IMG/VR virus record: IMGVR_UViG_3300005573_000146
Span: 1 to 43,511 of that record
Reading direction: 5' to 3' (one strand)
From: a virus
Lineage: Duplodnaviria; Caudoviricetes
DNA length: 43,511 nucleotides
A program made the translations under genes and the position numbers. Under the pieces are notes generated by a model. It was not told where the DNA came from. It worked only from the letters and a program-made list of their open reading frames with translations, and ran no database searches. Below, in pieces: positions 7,944 to 15,054 of this stretch. Positions within the stretch are counted from its first letter, which is position 1; each line of letters starts with the position of its first letter.

Positions 7944-10141
7944 CAGTGCCCTCCGTACCGATCAGAGACCACACCCTCGGCACCGAGCGGGCAATCAGGA
8001 GCCCAGCTTGGCCGGCGACTCAACTCCTCAATGCCCGCCATCAGCGCGCCCTCAGCCTGAGACTCGGGAACGCACATGACTACTTCATCGTGGACATGAT
8101 GGGCGGTGTGATACCCGCGAGCTTCAAGCCGCAGGATCGCTTCGGCGAGGATGTCGCGGGACATGGCTTGCACCACGTTCTCGCACAGCGATCCGCCCCA
8201 TGTGTGCCCCCAATGGTGCTCGCGGCTGTTCCATACTTCGATCGTCTCGCCGCATTCGCTGGGGACGATCTTGACCTTGTGATAGTAAAGCTCGCGGCCA
8301 CAGGGCAGCGTGATTACCACGTCGCACTCAGGCAGCGAGTGAAAGCGAAGCCCTCGGGGCATCTCGCACGGCTTGCGGTACTTGGCGGTGTACAGAACGG
8401 CCCGCTCGATGTCGCCCCAGAACCGCACGATGTTCGGATTCTCGGCCCGGTACGTATCCCTGATCTTCAGGGCGGTGTCCATGTCCACTTCGCCGTCGGC
8501 ATACTCGAAGATTCGGGTCTGCCCCATGCCGTACCCGCAGCCGAGCACGCCGATCTTTCCGATGCTGTTGCGGGCCCATTTCATGCGGGCTTCGATCTGG
8601 GGGATACCGCCCTCTTTCCTCGGCTTGCGGACGGGCCAGCCCAGAACCTTCGACGCGAAGCCGCAGTAGATTTCCTCGTTGTTGGCGAACTTGCGGACAA
8701 GCTCCTCCTCGCCAGCGATCCACGCGAGGACACGCGCTTCGATCTGCGACGCATCGACGATCGTCAGCTTGTGGCCGGGCGGGGCAATCAGCATCTCCCG
8801 CACCGCGTTGACTAACTCGTGGCCCTTGCTGCCGAGGTTCTGCAGGTTGATCCCCTCACCGCCGGACCATCGGCCGGTGTGGGCTCCGCAATACTTCAAG
8901 GCGATCGGTAGACGTCCCCCCAACGCCCGAGCCTGAGCCATGATCTTACGAACACGCTTGATATGCGTCGGCCAAGACCCGATCGCGATACGGGCCTGCA
9001 TGAGAGCACGCACGGCCGGGTCTTTGTGCTTCAGCAGCAACTCGCGTTCGGGGTCGTCCTTCGCCTCGGCGAGAATGTACCCCTTCTTGCTCGGCTTGTA
9101 GTAGACCTGCGGATTCTCGTCGGCAGCTTCGAGGGCTCGGTCAAGCAGCCCCCAGAACGATCTGTCGCCGCTGAGTTCCTCGCGGGTGTGGCCGGTGGGA
9201 GTGACAACCTTGTCGATCTCCGCTTCCATCAGGCGGATAAGCCCCTCACCCTTCTCGAAGTCCACCATGAGCACGGGCTTTGTGAACAGTTCCAGCGTGT
9301 GCTGCATCACCCGCAGTTCAACCTTCGGCCGGCTGAGACGTGGGAGCATGACGGTGAAGACTTCCCATTCGCGCATCGCGTCGTTGGCTGCATACCGGGA
9401 CAGGCTCACGATCTGCTCGTCAGTGATGGTCGGCACCTGAATCGGCAGCTTCGGCCCCTTCTTCCGGCTCTTTGATTTCGTGTACCGCTTGCGGAACGTG
9501 AGCCCCTTGAACTCCTGCGTGTCTCCCTTGGGCGGCAGCTTCAAGTCCTTGGCCAGCGAGCCGAGATCGTGCTTCCTGCGGGCGTCCCAATTATACGCGA
9601 GGCCCCGCGTATCAATGACGTGGGGCGGGTAGATGCCGTAACGATGGGCGAGAATAGAGGCGTCGAACGTGGCATTCTGGATCACGACTGTCGCACGTTC
9701 CAGGTGCTCGCCGTACTTGTCCTGAAGGTGCTTGAGGACGCGCGTAACGCCCTCCTCACCGACCCAGAACTTCGACCGCTGTTCATAGTCGGGGAAGTTC
9801 TCGAACACGTCCAGGACCGCGAGGCCGAGAACCTCGAACCGCTGATCCATCACGTACTCAATGGTACTCAGGCCCCCGCCCTTCATGGTGTACTCGTCAT
9901 CGAAGTACGTCTCGAAGTCGAGCACGACCACGTTGTCGGGATAGCCGCAGTCACGCAGCATCGCCCGCCACTCAGGAACGTACTGCTCCCGCATTGGCGG
10001 GGCGTACCGCTCAAGCTGTCTTGGGGCGATACCGGGGCGATCCTGGTCTATAAGCTGGTGGACCTTTAGGCCGCCCTTGAACTTTGGGGGCGGGGGTGCG
10101 GGCTTTGTTGGCGGCTTCACGTAGATCGGCTTGCTTTGCAT
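7943..10141 (-). CDS. Family A DNA polymerase with 3'-5' exonuclease domain
   Basis: Exo motifs LDFETY, QNATFD and YAAND; HTGRWSG, NLQNL; motif A DASQIEAR, motif B RNSIGKIGVLGCGYG, ENVVQ, motif C HVHDE. The start may be further downstream. Confidence 0.95.
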   Translation of the reverse strand: MQSKPIYVKPPTKPAPPPPKFKGGLKVHQLIDQDRPGIAPRQLERYAPPMREQYVPEWRAMLRDCGYPDNVVVLDFETYFDDEYTMKGGGLSTIEYVMDQRFEVLGLAVLDVFENFPDYEQRSKFWVGEEGVTRVLKHLQDKYGEHLERATVVIQNATFDASILAHRYGIYPPHVIDTRGLAYNWDARRKHDLGSLAKDLKLPPKGDTQEFKGLTFRKRYTKSKSRKKGPKLPIQVPTITDEQIVSLSRYAANDAMREWEVFTVMLPRLSRPKVELRVMQHTLELFTKPVLMVDFEKGEGLIRLMEAEIDKVVTPTGHTREELSGDRSFWGLLDRALEAADENPQVYYKPSKKGYILAEAKDDPERELLLKHKDPAVRALMQARIAIGSWPTHIKRVRKIMAQARALGGRLPIALKYCGAHTGRWSGGEGINLQNLGSKGHELVNAVREMLIAPPGHKLTIVDASQIEARVLAWIAGEEELVRKFANNEEIYCGFASKVLGWPVRKPRKEGGIPQIEARMKWARNSIGKIGVLGCGYGMGQTRIFEYADGEVDMDTALKIRDTYRAENPNIVRFWGDIERAVLYTAKYRKPCEMPRGLRFHSLPECDVVITLPCGRELYYHKVKIVPSECGETIEVWNSREHHWGHTWGGSLCENVVQAMSRDILAEAILRLEARGYHTAHHVHDEVVMCVPESQAEGALMAGIEELSRRPSWAPDCPLGAEGVVSDRYGGH

Positions 10142-10171
10142 GTTGCTTCTCCAGCCTGGCCGCGATCTCCT

Positions 10172-11173
10172 TCAGCAATTCGACGCGGGCCTCAGCTCCT
10201 CGCTCCCACCAGGTGCGCCGCCCTCGATAAGGCGGTGGATCTGCTTGGTGCTGTGGCCCTCGACGTTCACGGGCATGATCACGGCCTGGATAACGTCCTC
10301 CCCGCGCTTCGCCATCATTTGCAGGGGCCGGTTGGGGGCGGGCCAGTGGGCCTTGACCGGCGCGTCGCCGGCGGCGCGCATAAGGAACTCCATCGCCTCC
10401 AACAGAAATTCGGGATTCATCCCGCCCAGGTCCGTGCCGTTCTCGGAGAAGTTGATCTCCGCCTGTCCCGCGCTGGTCATTGCGGCCAGGCCGATCCCGC
10501 CGCTGGGGTTGCGGCTGACCAGGACCACCTTGCTATCATTCTCGAAGATCGCCAGTAGCTTTCGGAGCTGGGGGATCAGGGTCTCGGGGTAGATGGTGAA
10601 GATCTCATCGGCGGGGAGGCTCTTGAAGTTGGCGACGATGTTGTCATACGGGGGCTTGGACTCCTCGCCGGGCTTGCCCAGCTCTCCGGTCTTGGGGTCG
10701 AAGCCATCATTGAGGATGTAGGTCCCTTCGTCGCCCCAGGTCGTGCCGCGCTTCAGGCGGATCATGTGGATGCGGTAGCCATCGGTGGCGACGGCATCGC
10801 GGCCCTTGTTGGCGATAATGAGGCCATTCATCGTGTAGCGGCCCTTGGGCATGATCGGAGCCAGGCTGGCCAGCAGCTCACCAGGCGTTACCGCGATCTT
10901 GGGCAGGGCGCGCAGGCCGGGGACCTTCTTCTTGCCCTTGTCCCACTTGGGCCTAGTCCAGCGCTGCTTGGCGACCTTGGCCATCTCCTTGGCGATCGCC
11001 GCCAGCTCCTTCTCATGGCCAGGCAGGGCGAAGAGCTGGGTATCGGGCTGGCCGCTCTGGACCGGGACATAGAGCGTCCGGTAGGCGGCGTTGTTGGCGT
11101 CGAGGCTGGCCACGTTGATCGCTGGATCTCCCATGTGATAAGGCTTCACGTAGATCGGCGGCATCGTTGACAT
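10172..11173 (-). CDS. DNA polymerase III beta-clamp (DnaN)-like protein, central and C-terminal domains
   Basis: RYTMNGL...AVATDGYRIH, PPYDNIV, MNPEFLLEAM, NRPLQM, AVIMPV match DnaN motifs. The N-terminal ~100 aa are not clamp-like. Start taken at ATG 11173 (GGGAG RBS). Confidence 0.7.
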   Translation of the reverse strand: MSTMPPIYVKPYHMGDPAINVASLDANNAAYRTLYVPVQSGQPDTQLFALPGHEKELAAIAKEMAKVAKQRWTRPKWDKGKKKVPGLRALPKIAVTPGELLASLAPIMPKGRYTMNGLIIANKGRDAVATDGYRIHMIRLKRGTTWGDEGTYILNDGFDPKTGELGKPGEESKPPYDNIVANFKSLPADEIFTIYPETLIPQLRKLLAIFENDSKVVLVSRNPSGGIGLAAMTSAGQAEINFSENGTDLGGMNPEFLLEAMEFLMRAAGDAPVKAHWPAPNRPLQMMAKRGEDVIQAVIMPVNVEGHSTKQIHRLIEGGAPGGSEELRPASNC

Positions 11174-11306
11174 GCGGGAACTCCCGAGCGGCACGGTCGA
11201 GGGCGACGTAAAAGCTCACGCCCTCCTCTTGCATGATCCCCTTCGCCCTCGCCATCACACGGCGAGAGCGTTCACGCTGTTCAGGCGTGATCGGCTTGCT
11301 TCGCAT
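11013..11306 (-). CDS. Small hypothetical protein (MRSKPITPEQ...)
   Basis: ATG at 11306 with the same GGAGAAGCAAC-ATG initiation region as the polymerase. The 3' part overlaps the clamp-like gene out of frame. Confidence 0.45.
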   Translation of the reverse strand: MRSKPITPEQRERSRRVMARAKGIMQEEGVSFYVALDRAAREFPHVNDAADLREALSHGRSSDQRGQPRRQQRRLPDALCPGPERPARYPALRPAWP

Positions 11307-11748
11307 GTTGCTTCTCCAGGGCTGCGACCGCATTCTTAGACAGCAGGCACCATCCGGCCTGATCGCTGCCGTAAGGCTGGAATTCCTCCAGCCTGGCCGC
11401 GATCTCCTTCAGCAATTCGACGCGGGCCAACAGATGCTCCGCTGGCTGGCCCCGCACCGCGTCGTAGTAGGCGAGGATCGCGTTGCCGATGTGGAAGCAA
11501 ATCAGGTCGCCGTACCCCCGATACGTCGAGAAGTCGTGGTTGAGCGGGTGCGGCCGAAGGGCTCGCGGAAACTCGCTGCCGCCGGTCAACGACATGGCGG
11601 GGCACACGAGCCGCAAGTAGGCGTCCGTGATGCTGCGGAGTGACGTGTTGACCTTCGGCCCGATGGCAACGATCGCGGTGCGTATGTCGTTCGCGACAGC
11701 ACTCAAGTTGATCCGATTCGCGGTCTCCTGCTTCTTCTGCTCAGCCAT
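11281..11748 (-). CDS. Hypothetical protein
   Basis: ORF MAEQKKQETANR..., overlapping both neighbours in the leftward operon. Confidence 0.6.
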   Translation of the reverse strand: MAEQKKQETANRINLSAVANDIRTAIVAIGPKVNTSLRSITDAYLRLVCPAMSLTGGSEFPRALRPHPLNHDFSTYRGYGDLICFHIGNAILAYYDAVRGQPAEHLLARVELLKEIAARLEEFQPYGSDQAGWCLLSKNAVAALEKQHAKQADHA

Positions 11749-12079
11749 TGGTGACAACCCTTTCCAGTTCGGCGAGATCGGCTGGGGCTTCCCGTTCAAG
11801 GCACGCCCGCACCGCGTCGCACAGGTCCATCAGTTCTTTGTCAGTCGGTTTATTGGTTAGCCGCCAGCCGTGTATCTGCATCAGCAAGGCCAGCGGCGTC
11901 CACTCAAGCTCGGTGATCTTGCCCGCCGGTCGCATCCTCGGACAAAAGGGGTCGGCCGCCCATCTCCAATCAGGGCGACCGACCGGCGAGGGAGAATACG
12001 TTGGCGGTCCTTTGGGGGCTGCGGTCCGGTAGACCGGCGGGCGTGCCCGGTCGGTAGTTGCCTTCGTGACGCCTCTCAT
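11741..12079 (-). CDS. Small hypothetical protein (start uncertain: 12079 or 11935)
   Basis: The 3' part (MRPAGKITELEW...) looks globular and overlaps the next start. The 5' extension is Pro-rich and overlaps a repeat-rich, potentially structured segment. Confidence 0.5.
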   Translation of the reverse strand: MRGVTKATTDRARPPVYRTAAPKGPPTYSPSPVGRPDWRWAADPFCPRMRPAGKITELEWTPLALLMQIHGWRLTNKPTDKELMDLCDAVRACLEREAPADLAELERVVTNG

Positions 12080-12215
12080 AAAGCCTGTCTACGCTCATAA
12101 CCCGCAGCCCCCAAGCCGTAAAGCGACCGACGGCACTGCGGGCCGCCGACCGCTAGAAGGAGAATACGTTCGCGACTCGCTCACTGTGCGGGAGCCCGTG
12201 GTCCCGAAGATACCC

Positions 12216-12449
12216 TCATGCTCCGACTCCTGATAGGGCACCGCGTCGCACGCGATGCTTGATTTCCATTTCCATCCCCAGCCGCAGGATCGCGGAATAG
12301 GGCACTTCGTAGCGGCCTTGTTGCCCGATCACCCTGATTTGCAGGTACTCCGGGTAAAGAGTAAACTCCATTTGTCGCTCTTTGCCGCCAGAGAACACAG
12401 TGGGCACGGGGACGATCGGGCCATCAGGCTTCTTGATGTGGCGGGCCAT
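12216..12449 (-). CDS. Small hypothetical protein
   Basis: 77 aa, coupled by a TAATG overlap to the acidic protein gene. Confidence 0.65.
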   Translation of the reverse strand: MARHIKKPDGPIVPVPTVFSGGKERQMEFTLYPEYLQIRVIGQQGRYEVPYSAILRLGMEMEIKHRVRRGALSGVGA

Positions 12450-12763
12450 TAGTCGTCCTCGAAGTCGTCCTCGAAGTCGTCCTCGAAGTCGTCCTCGAAG
12501 TCGTCGAGGAGATCGTCGAGGAGATCGTCGAGGAGATCGTCGAGGAGATCGTCGAGTTCGTCATCATCGAGGGACTCGAAGTCGTCCTCGTCGTCGAACT
12601 CGTCGTCCTCGTCGAAGTCGCCCGCGTCGGGGTCTTCATCCTCCAAGTCGTCCTCATCGTCCGCCCGATTGGCTTTTTCGAGGTAGTCTTCGAGATTGAC
12701 GTCGCGGTCGCCTACCAAACCACTCGAATCGTCAACGTCTTCCTTACGCATACGTGCTCCCAT
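12449..12763 (-). CDS. Highly acidic protein with (DDLL)4(DDFE)4 tail
   Basis: AAGGAG RBS upstream. About half the residues are Asp or Glu. The stop overlaps the next start. Confidence 0.7.
   Translation of the reverse strand: MGARMRKEDVDDSSGLVGDRDVNLEDYLEKANRADDEDDLEDEDPDAGDFDEDDEFDDEDDFESLDDDELDDLLDDLLDDLLDDLLDDFEDDFEDDFEDDFEDD
12452..12556. repeat. Two adjacent 12-bp tandem arrays (in-frame VNTR)
   Basis: (GTCGTCCTCGAA)x4 at 12452-12499 and (GTCGAGGAGATC)x4 at 12503-12550, all perfect copies. Confidence 0.95.
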
Positions 12764-12936
12764 TGGGTCTCCTTATTTTTCAAGCGACTACATCCGAGCC
12801 CGCGAACGGCGTTGTTCAACTCCCCTTGGCGTCGAACCGACGGATCACGGAGCACGTGCTGAGCACCGGACGACCCGCCGCCCCCGTACCGGGGGCTGCC
12901 CGCAGCGATTAGAAGAATTACGGAATCGCTAAATCG

Positions 12937-13173
12937 TCAGCCCGCAGCCTTCACGGCTACGGACTCGGGAAACAAAGACAGGGCGCGTTGAAGAAGGGCC
13001 GCATCCGCGAGACTCGGCCTCGGGAAACGTGCTCGAATAGAAGGGGGAGCAGACGCAGTGAGTTGCTGAACGGTCGCAAGCAGCTTGGCGGTCGCCACTG
13101 CAAGCCATTCCTCGGCCTGTCCAATAAACTCAACCTCGCATCCTCGCGGGGCGGTATCCTCTGACGGTGCCAT
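12937..13173 (-). CDS. Small hypothetical protein
   Basis: ATG preceded by GGAGG; first ORF after the promoter at 13262-13290. Confidence 0.5.
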   Translation of the reverse strand: MAPSEDTAPRGCEVEFIGQAEEWLAVATAKLLATVQQLTASAPPSIRARFPRPSLADAALLQRALSLFPESVAVKAAG

Positions 13174-13261
13174 ACGACCCTCCGAATTCTTACCCCGACC
13201 GCCTGTCTACGCATTCACAACCCTCGGTGCCCATTCTCGAAGCGCGACAAACAGCCATGTC

Positions 13262-13290
13262 AATATACCACACAAACGGGCAAGCGTCAA
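13262..13290 (-). promoter_or_regulatory. Sigma70-type promoter heading the replication operon
   Basis: Minus strand TTGACG-cttgcccgtttgtgtgg(17)-TATATT with extended -10 TG. Confidence 0.75.
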
Positions 13291-13291
13291 T

Positions 13292-14725
13292 TTATTGGGC
13301 AATTTTGCGGGCCGCCCTATCCCTGTTCTCCCACGTATCCTCGGACGTTCCCGCAGTCAGGACGGTACGGAGAGCCTCGTTGAGCCTATCGACGAGGGCT
13401 TGACCCTGCGGCGTCTCTGCAACCTTCGCCATCGCGTAGCAGAGGCAATCCAGGATCGCGATGCCCTTCTGTAGCCGGGCGTTGGCGACAAGCTGCACGA
13501 GTGGGTGCCGCTTGTTGTAATCCAGGACTGTCCGGCCATCCGCCTTCGTGATCTTGAACAGCTTATCGGATGTGCCGTGATCGCTCTCCTGGAAGTCTAT
13601 GGGCAACTGCGGCAGGATCGGCCCGTCATTGGCGAGCTTCGCGGTCGTTGGCCGGGGCAGCAGGAGCGACCTGGACAGGTCGTGCGTCAACTGCGTCTTG
13701 CTGATCGCCCGCTCACGTCCCTCGCGGCCGGACTGCTCGATAAATCGCCGCGTGGCGTGCTGAATCTTATCGAGCATCTGATCGTTGGGCAGGATGCTAG
13801 ACTTCTTCACGTCCACATGGAAGTCGTGGTCTAGCTCACCCGTGAACGAAAGCTCAGCCCGGAAGTGGCTGTAGCTATGGTGATGCTTGTAGAAACCGAA
13901 CGTCTGGGCTCCCATAATTTCGCGACGGTTGCGGACGATATAGAAGCCGCTACGCTGGGGCGTGATGTTATTAGCCTCGTCCTCAGCCGGTCCAAGGTCC
14001 GGAAGCTCAACGACAGTTAGGTGCGCCTGTTTACCCCACCCAAGGTCCACGTCGCCGTCGTGGCGAATTTCGGTCAACTCATGCTCCCGCATCAGTGGAT
14101 CAATCGGCACCACTTTTTTGCGGTTCACCGAGATATTCAGACCATCCTTCAAAAAGTACCTGAACGTCTGCCCGATCCGTTCCCGCAACGTGGCGGAGAA
14201 CCGCGTGACGTTCGTGTCGTCCAGGCGGTCCACGTTCGTAAGCTGAACCGTCGTGCCGAAGTCCCCGATCGAGTCCCACACATGCTTAGTGCTCGCCGGC
14301 TTCAGTTCGATCACGAACTGTCCGTGTCGCTCCACGGTCGGCACATCAAACTTGGCTTCCCATGCCTGCTCACCTGATCGCCTGGACATCACGAGAATCG
14401 TCTTAGCGATGCTGAGGCTGGCTGTCACGAGCCCCATGCCGTACTTTCCGAGATCGCTACGTACGTCTTTCTCAACATCGCTGCCAAGGCGGAGGGCTTC
14501 CTTCAGTCCGTCCTTTGACATTCCGCACCCATCGTCAGCGATTTCGATGACGTGGCTCTTACCAATTTGCTTAACCGTAAGCGACATATTCTTGGCCCCT
14601 GCGTCGATGCTATTGTCTATCAGATCACAGACGGCAGACACAGAGTCGTAACCTAGCTCACGAAGCGCTGCGAGCGTACGCGCAGCATTGGGGGGGATCT
14701 CTACGTAGTTGCTATCCTTGCTCAT
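13292..14725 (-). CDS. GHKL ATPase of the prokaryotic MORC / HATPase_c_3 type
   Basis: LRELGY, DLIDNSIDAGA (N box), IADDGCGM (G1), LGKYGMGL (G2), GTTV, followed by an S5-like region GFYIVRNRREI...RAELSF...VDVKKS. Confidence 0.88.
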   Translation of the reverse strand: MSKDSNYVEIPPNAARTLAALRELGYDSVSAVCDLIDNSIDAGAKNMSLTVKQIGKSHVIEIADDGCGMSKDGLKEALRLGSDVEKDVRSDLGKYGMGLVTASLSIAKTILVMSRRSGEQAWEAKFDVPTVERHGQFVIELKPASTKHVWDSIGDFGTTVQLTNVDRLDDTNVTRFSATLRERIGQTFRYFLKDGLNISVNRKKVVPIDPLMREHELTEIRHDGDVDLGWGKQAHLTVVELPDLGPAEDEANNITPQRSGFYIVRNRREIMGAQTFGFYKHHHSYSHFRAELSFTGELDHDFHVDVKKSSILPNDQMLDKIQHATRRFIEQSGREGRERAISKTQLTHDLSRSLLLPRPTTAKLANDGPILPQLPIDFQESDHGTSDKLFKITKADGRTVLDYNKRHPLVQLVANARLQKGIAILDCLCYAMAKVAETPQGQALVDRLNEALRTVLTAGTSEDTWENRDRAARKIAQ

Positions 14726-14782
14726 GGTGCGTTCTCCTCGACCGTGTTTTCACCCGGGACACCGCAGACTTCTATCGACTGT

Positions 14783-14810
14783 AATATACCCCCTCTTCAC
14801 AGCAAGTCAA
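14783..14810 (-). promoter_or_regulatory. Promoter for the GHKL ATPase gene
   Basis: Minus strand TTGACT-16 bp-TATATT, upstream of a GAGGAG RBS. Confidence 0.55.
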
Positions 14811-14922
14811 AGATAATGCACCCACTTCGTCCGAGTATCGCGATACCGGGAGACGGTCAAAGTGTGTAGCCCTGAGTCATCATCGGCCCGCGTGGGGCAC
14901 CCGATTTCGGGGTATCGTTGGC

Positions 14923-14961
14923 TTTTGAGTCCATCGCGTCTGCCAATTCCGCCAAGAGGCC
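14923..14961 (-). pseudogene. 5' half of tRNA-Leu(CAA), ending at the anticodon loop
   Basis: Minus strand GGCCTCT TGGCGGAATTGGCAGACGCG ATGGA CT CAA AA: Leu-type D arm and CAA anticodon. No T arm or 3' acceptor strand follows. Confidence 0.85.
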
Positions 14962-14962
14962 C

Positions 14963-14991
14963 TTGCACTTTTCCTAGGAATAATGCATATT
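14963..14991 (+). promoter_or_regulatory. Possible integrase promoter
   Basis: TTGCAC-17 bp-CATATT upstream of the integrase RBS (GAGGAG). Confidence 0.4.
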
Positions 14992-15054
14992 TAGCTGTGT
15001 CAGGCCGCCTGCATGCGACCTGGACGATACTCGGACGATACTGGAGAGGAGCCT

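Larger units (their letters stand above)
10113..11428. repeat. Direct repeat: a 79-bp contiguous copy (10113-10191) and a split copy (11142-11159, 11289-11319, 11386-11428)
   Basis: GGCTTCACGTAGATCGGC, GATCGGCTTGCTTYGCATGTTGCTTCTCCAG and CTCCAGCCTGGCCGCGATCTCCTTCAGCAATTCGACGCGGGCC each occur twice, with one mismatch in total. Confidence 0.9.
14827..15045. other. Putative attP: tRNA-derived core flanked by arm-type repeats
   Basis: 14-bp inverted repeat TCGTCCGAGTATCG (14827-14840) / CGATACTCGGACGA (15025-15038), tandem GGACGATACT x2 (15022-15042), and a tRNA fragment between them, immediately upstream of the integrase. Confidence 0.75.

Noticed and set aside
1-10141. 2-aminoadenine (Z) genome system
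   Set aside because: Only a diphosphohydrolase-like fragment and a PolA are visible. There is no purZ, and a temperate lifestyle with a DNA methyltransferase argues against it.
12452-12556. Possible CRISPR array
   Set aside because: The 12-bp units are head-to-tail with no spacers and encode an in-frame acidic peptide; no cas operon is present.
12820-12850. Third tRNA suggested by GTTCGAC on the minus strand
   Set aside because: No D arm, anticodon arm or acceptor stem could be built around it.
11936-12936. c-di-GMP riboswitch to pair with the GGDEF domain
   Set aside because: I could not find class I or class II consensus elements by eye. An Rfam scan is needed; the regions are kept only as generic structured-RNA candidates.
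14730-15050. Prophage boundary (attL/attR) with host DNA on one side
   Set aside because: Both flanks carry phage genes and share the same promoter motif, which fits attP better.
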